Positions 36,301 to 45,951 of a stretch of 45,951 nucleotides of DNA are shown one piece after another. This stretch comes from Octopus bimaculoides. Taxonomy: Eukaryota. The stretch spans positions 822,079 through 868,029 of the forward strand of contig NC_068990.1 of the NCBI RefSeq assembly GCF_001194135.2. The letters are read 5' to 3'. How positions within the stretch are numbered: the stretch's first letter is position 1; the number at the start of each line of letters is the position of its first letter. The notes under the pieces are model-generated. The model saw nothing but the letters and a program-made list of their open reading frames with translations, was not told where the DNA came from and searched no databases. The position numbers were made by a program, and so were the translations under genes.

Positions 36301-36967
36301 TCTCTCCACCTAGAAAGCAAAACCTTTACTGAGGCACAGTGTGCCACTTGTTAGATGCAGACTAGGTCGCAGATCAGAAGTAGTGATGGTATGGCTTGAT
36401 TTACAAATGAGTTGAGAGTTTGGTAGCTCAGCAAACACACATACACACTCATATATATATATATAGAGAGAGAGAGAGAATATAAGATATAAAAATAAAT
36501 ATAAAAAGGAATGTAAAAAAATGATAATAAATAAAATGTACATAAAAACATATGTACACATAAATGTATTAAAAAAAATATAAAATAAAATTCTAAAATA
36601 TAAATAAAAATATATAAACAATATATACATATGTATTCATTGTTGGATTTCTGTTGCCTGCTCATGAGTTCCTCTGCCCTTGGACGGGTTTTATTTGCAT
36701 ACATACAACTACTTATTTGCACTTGTGGTATCCACCCGGGATGGGTTGAGTCGGCTCCGACCACATCCGACAGTCGGCCCTAGCGTTCAAGCAGGCAAAG
36801 TAATGCTTCTGCCTGCAGAAACCCCCCCCCCCCAAAAAAAAAGAATGTAAGGCAAAGTCGACCTTCGTGGAATTTAAACTTTGAACGAACGAAATGGCGG
36901 CGAAGCATGTTAACGATTCCTCCAGATCGCTGTCTTGGATAATATTAATAAAAAGTACAGGGACTTT

Positions 36968-37006
<39 letters not shown>

Positions 37007-37079
37007 TGTTCCGTTACTTGGAGGATGAACAAAATAGTAGCTTGCATTTAAATCGTGTATGTATCAGATGTTATATATA

Positions 37080-37432
37080 AAGCGTGCCGGGTGGTAAGAA
37101 GTTTGCATCCCAGCAACACGGTTCCGTGTTTAGTCCCACTGCGTGGCAGTGCTCCAGCATGGCCGCAGTCAAATGACTGAAACAAATAAAAGAATAAAAG
37201 ATATATTGTTTTTATTCCTTTCGTTCTTTTAGTTGTTTCAGTCATTTTACTGCGGCCATGCTGGAGCACCGCTTTGAAAGATTTTCTTTCCCTTTTAGTC
37301 GAAGGCTATTCCCTGTAAGCCTGGTACTTATTCTATCGTTCTTTTTTTGCCGAACTTTAAAGTTACGGGGACATAAACAGACCAACATCGGTTGCCAAGC
37401 GATGGTAGGAGACAAAAACAGTCACAAAGACA
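37080..37432. mobile_element. tail-to-tail SINE family B pair
   Basis: internally deleted + copy 37080-37200 and a - tail from 37210 running into the gap. Confidence 0.75.
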
Positions 37433-38089
37433 NNNNNNNNNNNNNNNNNNNNNNNNNNNNNNNNNNNNNNNNNNNNNNNNNNNNNNNNNNNNNNNNNNNN
37501 NNNNNNNNNNNNNNNNNNNNNNNNNNNNNNNNNNNGAGATAAATAGTGAGAAAATTCTAAAATAAACAAAACCAGATTTTACCTGTTCGGGAGAAACCCA
37601 GTACACATAGTAAAGTCCATAGTTTATAGGGATCCATCCTAATGCTCTTTTCTTACTCCTTTTAGCGAGCAAGTCGTTGTGTGTCGGTCGAAATAAATGC
37701 TTCCGAACGAAACAACAGCAATAAACAACAGATGAATGTAACGCAACCAGCAGCAAAAAAAGAAAACTAAAAATAATGATAATAAACAAATAAAGAAATA
37801 GATAAAATGACAGAAAAAACTGAAAGGAGGAATAGGAGGAGGAGGAGGAGGAGGCACAGAAACGAACAATAAAACAAATAAAGCAGAAAAATTTGAATAC
37901 GAAAAAGAAGTAGAAAAATAAAGAAACAAAACAATGAATAACAAGCAAAATAATTCAAAGTGTACCAAGATGTGTTTTTCAAACAGGTGCGTTTTGTGTG
38001 GTTAAAATAGGACTTTAATACATGCATTACATACACACACACATACATACATACATGCATACACACACAGCATACATGTTATCTTTTCA

Positions 38090-38118
38090 CCACCACCACC
38101 CCACCACCAACATCACCG

Positions 38119-38171
<53 letters not shown>

Positions 38172-38860
38172 ATTACCACCACCATCACAANNNNNNNNNN
38201 NNNNNNNNNNNNNNNNNNNNNNNNNNNNNNNNNNNNNNNNNNNNNNNNNNNNNNNNNNNNNNNNNNNNNNNNNNNNNNNNNNNNNNNNNNNNNNNNNNAC
38301 CACCATCACTATCAGTATCGCTACCAGCGGGAGCAATACCACCCGCCACAACCACTGCCACCACCGCAACCACCACAACCTCTACTATCACCATCGCCGC
38401 CACCATTCTAGCACTGCATTTACCATTACCACCACCACTACTGCTATTAGTATATCAGCAACACCATCACCACCACCTCTACTACTACTACCAATGTACA
38501 ACCGACATACTACGCTATCGCCACCTCCACCACTACCACCACCGGTAGTTTAGCCACTAATATTACCACCACAAGCACTAGCATCACTGCTACTGCTACT
38601 ACTACAACTACTACTACTACTACTACCGCCACCACTACCACCACAACTACTACTACAACTTATATTACCAGCAATACCAGCAACAATAATAACACCATCC
38701 CCACAAACGCGTGTGTATCTGCGAGTCTGTTGAAGACCAAACGTTCCCAGTTGTGACCATTCCATCATGCACACCAGGTACTATCAACTGTGCAATTCTC
38801 TATTGAAAACGGTATGCCGTGAGCTGAGAGAAATTTGGTTTCTATTTCTAGTAGGTCGAG

Positions 38861-38912
<52 letters not shown>

Positions 38913-38917
38913 CAGAC

Positions 38918-38996
<79 letters not shown>

Positions 38997-39020
38997 CGGA
39001 CAGACAGATAGATAGATAGA
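38090..39020. repeat. compound trinucleotide (CAC/TAC) and (GATA)n microsatellite tract
   Basis: (tac)n/(cac)n at 38090-38700; (gata)n at 38861-39020; other simple repeats at 15020-15088, 24004-24175, 43735-43891. Confidence 0.95.
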
Positions 39021-39870
39021 CTGTGAAAAATATTAGGACTGAACTAACTAGTTTCTTGTTTTCTTAGACTATCATCAGAGGTATTATTCCAATTTTCTGC
39101 CCAATACATACTAGAACTCACCTGGACTGAATAAACTAATCTGCAAGACATTTCATGTGCTAATTAAATAATTAAAAATATATCATGCAATATTGCGTCA
39201 TGCTTTGTGCCGTCAACTGCTTCATGAAGTTGGACAGGCACCGTTGTGACGTGCCAGTGATTCTCAAGCAGAATTTTAGACCTGGTTGGGAGATCAGTCC
39301 TCACCAGATTTGACTATAGCCTATTTCTTCCAGAAAAGTAAGAAACAGAGAGAGAGAGAGAAAGAGAGAGAGAAGACTTAACTCTAATCTTTTAATTTTT
39401 TATCTAACGACCTCAAAAAAAAAATGGAGAACAAAGTTTATCTCGATAGGATTTGAACTCTGAATGTAGAAAAGATTAACACAAAGTAAACTCTCGGACA
39501 ATCTAAAGAATCTGCTAATTTACCACCCTATACAGGGTGGATGCATAACTTGAAAAGTAAACTATACCTTCTTTAAACAAACGCACTTTCAATAAACATA
39601 TTCTTTTAACCTCGCAATAAAAGTAAACCAAATAGTTTACCTGTAGGTTTAAACGTTTACGTGGGTAGATCTAAGATAGATTTGACCAGTCTTGTTAATC
39701 TTTCGTAAATGAGAAATGTCTGTCTTTAATGCCCACATTCCATTTTCGAATTTTAAAAATTCATTTAATATTTTTCCAAATCTTATTTTATTTATTCTGT
39801 TTTATTCTTCAAAATTATAATATTTTATTTTAATTTCAATTTTTTTACTTTCATTCTAATATTGGAACCA

Positions 39871-40673
39871 TTACCCTCTTATTGTTGTTTTATTATCCAC
39901 CCCATGGTTATTGCATATGGGTAGAAGAACTATTTCGTCCGTTTTTAAGGGGTCGACAGAAAGGAACCGATCTTCCTCTTCCGATTCCATTCTAACCTCC
40001 ACAGTATCGTATCTCCTTCCTCTCGCTATGTATTTCACCTTATGCCATATTGGCTTTAGGCATTTTTCGATTTCTGCTTCTGTCATATAGTCGATTCTTT
40101 TTTCTTTCACCTTGTACGTCTTGTATATCAACGTCTTTTTTTCTCAATCCTCAATAATACTTTTTCGAGGGGCCACTTTAACTTTGTGCCCCTCCCTTGA
40201 CGTTATTTGTTTATGTTGTTCCACATTATTGAGATTTATTTTTTTAACCTTGGCTCCTGTGACAGCAGCGAAGCCAAGCTTCTTATTCTTTTCTTTCTTT
40301 TCTTCTGCCTTTTCTTTCGTTAGTGTGCTAGGTGTTTCAATGGTTTTTTCTTGTTGTAGCTGGCATTATTCTCTCTCTCAATCTCAGGTATTCATCGTCG
40401 GAATCACTAAGTTGTTTTTCAACCAATTTCTCCACCTCCTCCTCGCTCATGCACCTCCTCTTCTCTTGGCTTCTCAACAAAAGCCATAATGAAGGCTTCC
40501 CCGCGCCGGGGAAAACAATAATTGTTTTACAAACAATTCAAAAAAAAAAAATACTTCAACAAAAACAAACAAACATTAACAACTCCTCCTCGACACAACA
40601 ACGCAATCCAACCAAGCACAAAAACCACTCCAACACAGCTAAACTTTCATGTATTTTTCGCCTCGTGACTGGC
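39871..40673 (-). mobile_element. 5' UTR plus ORF1 fragment of a non-LTR retrotransposon (L1/Tx1-like gag)
   Basis: T-rich leader, ATG at 40487/40450, frameshifted K/E-rich ORF then IYKTYKVKEKRIDYMTEAEIEKCLKPIWHKVKYIARGRRYDTVEVRMESEEE. Confidence 0.55.
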
Positions 40674-40984
40674 ACGAACTGATTAGATTTTGGGATCGAT
40701 CTGCTACTGGACAAGGATTCTGGATTATTTTTCCTGTTTTCTTACTTAATTTGTGCTGATCCATGTTTGAGACTGTAGTCCAGTGACTGAAACAAGTAAA
40801 AGATAAAAGATATATTTGTGTGTAACTACTGAAGATCAAGAATATATTGGATCAACCGAGAGATGTAGACGAGACTATCAATTCTGGAAAATTTATGTTT
40901 AAAATAGTAAGAGTTTTAGAATGATTCCATTTCAAATAAAGGTGTTCTTCCATATTGATGCTTTGTACAGAGAATGTTAAATGT

Positions 40985-41200
40985 TTCTAGGGCGGCAAGT
41001 TGGCAGAATCATTAACACTCTGGGCAAAATACTTAACGGTGTTTCGTCAGTCCTTACGTTCTGGGTTCAAAATTCACCGAAGTCGACTTTGCCTTTCGGA
41101 GTCAGTAAAATAAGTACCAGTTCAGTACTGGGATCGATGTAATCAACTTACCCCTCCCCCCAAATTGCTGGCGTTGTGCCAAAATTTGAAAGCAGTATTA
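40985..41200 (+). mobile_element. SINE family A
   Basis: ggcggcaagttggcagaatcattaacac head, ccaaattgctggc..gtgccaaaatttgaa tail. Confidence 0.8.
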
Positions 41201-42204
41201 AATGTTTTTTCATCTGCGAATAAAAATGGAATCTTTTTTTTAAAGATTGGATCAATTGTAATTATTGACATTTGTCAAAAATCTTTTAAAATTGAGCGAA
41301 CCATTGAGTAAAGGGATTCAATAACTTATAATAGGTGTCTTTTACTGGGAATCCCGCTGTGAGAGGAAACTTGATACATACGAAGCCACCATATCAATAA
41401 CCGAATCAATATCAAGAATTTTACTGCAGTATAATCACTATCTCTCGCTCAGAGATTTAAAACATATTGTTTCNNNNNNNNNNNNNNNNNNNNNNNNNNN
41501 NNNNNNNNNNNNNNNNNNNNNNNNNNNNNNNNNNNNNNNNNNNNNNNNNNNNNNNNNNNNNNNNNNNNNNNNNNNNNNNNNNNNNNNNNNNNNNNNNNNN
41601 NNNNNNNNNNNNNNNNNNNNNNNNNNNNNNNNNNNNNNNNNNNNNNNNNNNNNNNNNNNNNNNNNNNNNNNNNNNNNNNNNNNNNNNNNNNNNNNNNNNN
41701 NNNNNNNNNNNNNNNNNNNNNNNNNATATATATATATATATATATAGGGAGAATTCACAAAAAAAAAAAACAGACGAAGACAGGTGATGTAGAAAACAAA
41801 CAGATGTATTAGTATTACGTTCGGGAATTGAAATGTGTGTGTGTATCAGTGGTTAATCGTTTACAAATTTAAATATGAAAAGTTTAACTTAAATATTGCT
41901 ACAGAAATTATTGGTACTTCATTTAAGAAATGTTAAAGAGTAACTTTTTCGCGAAAGTGGTATGTGAGTATTAAAGAAAGATATTTTTCATTAACGAAAG
42001 ATTAAGAAGACTGGTGAAACCTCTTCCAAATTTGGCAATACAATGCCCCTACTATTAAGTGACCCCTGCACCACTCCCTTACTTGCTTTCACCTCTTTGT
42101 AACCTGTCTTCCTGTGTTCTCTCTTCTACTTGAACAGCCCCATCTTCCCCCAACGTCCCCACACAATAGCCATTCCACAAGTGGTCTGCTTGTTATGTCC
42201 AGAA

Positions 42205-42425
42205 GTGGAATGGCGGCGTGTTGGCAGAATCGTTAGCACGCCGGGCGAAATGTTTAGCGGTATTTCGTCTGCCGCTACGTTTTGAGTTCAAATTCCGCTG
42301 AGATCAACTTATCCTTTTGGAGTCGATTAAATAAGTACTAGTTGCACACTGGGGTCGATGTAATTGACTTAATCCCTTTGTTTGTCCCCTCTATGTTTAG
42401 CCCCCCGTGGGCAATAAATAAATAA
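42205..42425 (+). mobile_element. SINE family A, full length
   Basis: ggcggcgtgttggcagaatcgttagcacgccgggcgaaat..gtgggcaataaataaat. Confidence 0.88.
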
Positions 42426-42832
42426 ATATATAGCCAGAAGTGGCTCTGACGAAAGCAGCATTAATTTTCTGAGGTTGTTTAATTTTCCGTCAATTGATCA
42501 ATAGAGTAAGTGAGTGAACCTATCAGTAACATACCTATAATAACTACCGGAAACAGCTGTAAGCCAAATTTGTTCAAATAACGAAATTATAAGTAATGAC
42601 CATTGTTTTTAACTTGTTTCTTACATATCACTCTGTGTAAAAACCCGTTTATTTGGAGCCCATCCACGGATTTACAATATAGAATTGTGATGAACCCTAA
42701 CTTGGGACCCTACCAAAAAATTACCTGGTGTTCTTCACTAAGCTAAGTAATATCATTTGTCTGGTGTGCCAACAGAGAGCTTATAAAGTATTTTGCCCGG
42801 ATTGAGGATCCCTCACTATTTGTTATATATAT

Positions 42833-43254
42833 ATATTAATATTTCTAAGTCTCTCTAAAGGAGAATACGGCAGCGGTACTGGATATTAATAGCTATCGCC
42901 AAGCCAACATGGCAGTCCAAACTCCTTTAGAGAGACTTAGAAATATTAATATTTCTATTTTTGAAAGCCAGTGGATGTATTCCACTGAATTTAGGTAAAT
43001 AATCCTTCGTACAAACGGTCAGTAGCGACGCCTGCTGGGTTCGGCTGCTTTACATTGATAAGGGGCAACACCTTGAAACTAGTCTGTAGATGCCAGACCA
43101 GGAAGGGGAAGCGGTTGACCTCCCCTGTTCGAAGGTTATAATGGACACAGGTTCGTGTATCTAGCTAGAGACGATGACCTCTTGGAGCTAATCAACGGCA
43201 GCATTCGTCCTATTGTTTGGACTGGCATGTTGGCTTGGCGATAACTATTAATAT
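42833..43254. mobile_element. compound inverted-repeat element (X-Y-X'-Y')
   Basis: 31-bp perfect IR 42833-42863/42922-42952; 39-bp IR (37/39) 42883-42921/43216-43254; (TA)n on both flanks. Confidence 0.8.
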
Positions 43255-43274
43255 ATATATATATATACAGATAT

Positions 43275-43430
43275 ATATAACGAGCTTCTTTCAGTCTCCG
43301 TCTACGAAATCCATTCACAAAACTTTGATCGGACCGAGGCTTTAGTAGAAGATACTTTCTCAAGGTATTGCGCAGTAGTATTGGACTTGAAACCATGTGG
43401 TTGAGAAGCAAACTTCCTACCACACCATCA
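43275..43430 (-). mobile_element. SINE family B head
   Basis: reverse of family B head (gaaaccatgtggttgagaagcaaacttcc). Confidence 0.7.
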
Positions 43431-43784
43431 TGATAAATTTTTTTTTTTTCTATACCACCCTTCAAATGCTTTTTCTATTGCAAATTGTTAAGCAGCACTT
43501 AGAGTTTTTATGCCTTGATGCATTGGTGTCCATCTCAACAAACCAGCAGCTATGTTAATGGGAGTGATTCTCTTTGAAATCATTACCTATTTGAGTCTGG
43601 TGCTACAGACCACTCAGATCGAATTTCGAAAATCTTCCATCCTGTTTGTTTAGTGAATAGAGAAGTGGAATAAGAGTGTGTAAAAATCTTGTGACTTCGT
43701 TTTCACAACTTATACATAAATAACAGACTGTGGCATCATCTAAAATTATAAGGACTACTACTACTACAACTACAACTGCTGCTG

Positions 43785-43818
<34 letters not shown>

Positions 43819-43840
43819 CACTGCTGCTGCTACCACCACC

Positions 43841-43892
<52 letters not shown>

Positions 43893-45185
43893 GAAATTGT
43901 ATGACTGCTTCTAGAATACTGTTAATCTAAGATTTTAGTTGTTGATCCATCACATCAATAAATTTGTAAGCGGCTTTTTGAAACGATTTTGTGGACCATT
44001 GGATAAGTAAAAGTTCTTTGAGATTAAGATATCCAAACTCACGTTATTCAACTTAACTTGAAGCGAGTGGTTTCCTTGCCTTTGTAGTGTAAATCACACT
44101 TAATTCTATTTTAGACCCGTCACTATCAATTTTATTACAGGGTTTACATACTTTTGAAGACATGGCGTGTTTCTGTTTAAAACACGCAGGTTTATAACCA
44201 CGGAATGTGCATTTAAGGAAATTTCTTCATTCTAGTTACATGATAGATACCGACACTTTTAGGCTTTACTTCGTGAGAAATATCGATTCTGTTAAATCGC
44301 GATATCATTTCTCGTCGTTCCATAAAATCTAAAGATGCTTTCAGTGATATTTTGCCAATTTCAGATGCTCCAATATCCTTGTGTTATATATGATTTCAAC
44401 GAATCTCATTTTTGATACTTTTGTCACCTTAACCAACTTTATGAAACATACATTATCGAGACCCTTCACGAAGACGATGCTAACATTTTACAAGGGTCTC
44501 ACAAGATACCTGACTTAGTAATATGAACCTGATTCGCTCGACAAAAACCAACTTCTTTCTTAAATTTTCCATTATTCATTATAATCTTCCGTAGGTCTAT
44601 GAAACCCATGCTATCCACTTGTTTCAGATAAACCGTTAACGACACCTTCACTATAGCTTGTTTGCTGACCTTCGATAAAAATAACTCCATGATCTCCTTT
44701 TGAAAACCCCATTCTTCTCTATCTTTTAATTTCTTGGCTCTTGGCCGTAAAAAAAGTATCTTAATTATATCTCAATAAAACCAGAATCAACGCACAAAAA
44801 TTTGAACCCTGTCAAAGCTGGCGTTTGTTTTGGGGTCATTAATTGACAAAGAAGTAACAAGAAATATTTCAGTATGGAATATTTATTTAACACATAAATG
44901 ACAATGCCTTGCCATGGTGAGTGGCTTAATATTCCTGTTGGGGCCACCAACAGTGGTATTCTTTTATTCTTTTGCTAGTTTCTGTCATTAGATTGCAGCC
45001 TAGTTGGAGCACCGCTTTGAAGGGTTTAGTAGAACAATTCGACTCCAATACTTTTTTTTTTTTTAATGTCTGGCATGTATTTTGTTGACCTGTTTTGCTT
45101 AACTGCTAGTTACAGGGACGTATACGCACCAACGCCGGGTGTCAAGTGATGGTGCGGTACAAACACAAATACATACACACGTGAT

Positions 45186-45532
45186 TGAGGGCACTAGTCA
45201 GCACCGGTATTGCTAGAAATAAAAGTTAAAGCAATTCATAGCGACGAGAAACACTTACCTTAATGATTGACAAGGGAGGCAGGTTCCCTCAGTGTCCAAG
45301 CATAGCTAGATCACAGTAATTTCACATTTTAATAATGCTCGTCAGTGACCCTCACCTATCGCCTTGAGTTAAACTCAACTCGCCTTATCAGCTTATAAGA
45401 TTATCGTAGAAATCATAAGCTGATTTGCGTGGCTGCCAAGGGAGCTTACCTCCCTTGTCAGTCATTAAGGTAAGTGTTTCTCGTGGTTATGAGTTGCTTT
45501 AACTCTTATTTCTAGCAATACCGGTGCCCTCA
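45186..45532. mobile_element. fold-back/MITE with ~88-bp TIRs
   Basis: 45201-45289 vs 45439-45527 about 90% complementary; termini tgagggcac / gtgccctca. Confidence 0.85.
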
Positions 45533-45562
45533 GACACTTTGGTGAGGTGTATATTTCTACCT

Positions 45563-45765
45563 TTCGGTTGTAAAATTGCGAATAAGCCACCCTTATTATT
45601 TATAACTTTTACTTTCACCGTTTAAGAAATCAGCGTATGATTTCTATGATAATCTTTATAAATTGACGAGGCGTGTTGAGTTTAACCCAAGGCACTGAAT
45701 TCTTAAACGGTAAAAGTGAAAATTATAAATAATAAGGGTGGCTTATTCGCAATTTTACAACCGAA
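45563..45765. mobile_element. fold-back/MITE with 71-bp TIRs
   Basis: 45563-45633 vs 45695-45765, 4 mismatches in 71. Confidence 0.9.
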
Positions 45766-45951
45766 TTTTCTGGTCGTATGGAATTTGGCGAATAGCCCCC
45801 GTTTTTATTTATTTATATTTTATGATATTTTATATAATATATTCATTGAAGAAATATCTCTTCAAAATACAGTATATTAACCCAGTGTATCTTGGATAAA
45901 AAAAATCCCTATAAGAGGTCTAAATATCCTCATACTGACTATATATATATA

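Larger units (their letters stand above)
8165..41725. other. assembly gaps at 8165-8245, 14003-14340, 16539-16747, 24032-24041, 24809-24888, 29333-29478, 37433-37535, 38191-38298, 41474-41725
   Basis: N runs, mostly flanked by (TA)n, (GA)n or (TAC)n. Confidence 0.99.

Noticed and set aside
43930-44760. Possibly coding decayed segment on the minus strand (ELFLSKVSKQAIVKV..)
   Set aside because: No recognisable RT, endonuclease or transposase motif by eye; needs tBLASTx.
106-44950. Most ORF-track entries (poly-I/T/S/YI/HT, X-containing, SINE-derived)
   Set aside because: Products of microsatellites, N gaps, alternative start codons or repeats; no evidence of real proteins.
1-45951. CRISPR array, operon, rRNA or true tRNA gene
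   Set aside because: Eukaryotic intron-exon DNA; recurring motifs are dispersed SINEs; tRNA-like A/B boxes belong to SINE heads with no complete cloverleaf seen.

Overview
AT-rich, microsatellite- and gap-ridden eukaryotic DNA. The SINE families and repeat style suggest an octopus/cephalopod short-read assembly (inference). One host gene is present on the minus strand: nine in-frame coding exons (19047 down to 1601, 914 nt, about 305 aa) of an Xaa-Pro aminopeptidase (aminopeptidase P, N-terminal creatinase-like domains) with the cysteine pattern of the secreted/GPI-anchored XPNPEP2 type. The signal-peptide exon was not located and the catalytic M24 exons lie beyond position 1. The last visible exon appears to use a non-canonical GC donor. 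The rest is transposon debris: about 20 tRNA-derived SINEs, RTE, CR1/L2 and R4/Dong-like LINE fragments, a LINE ORF1 5' fragment, a Penelope GIY-YIG ORF, three mariner remnants and a probable Helitron. The best second-look items are several Penelope-type minimal hammerhead ribozyme motifs, long intronic fold-back hairpins next to exons (candidate ADAR substrates), and two compound inverted-repeat elements in which a hairpin loop is complementary to a downstream segment. All alignments were done by eye; repeat boundaries are approximate.
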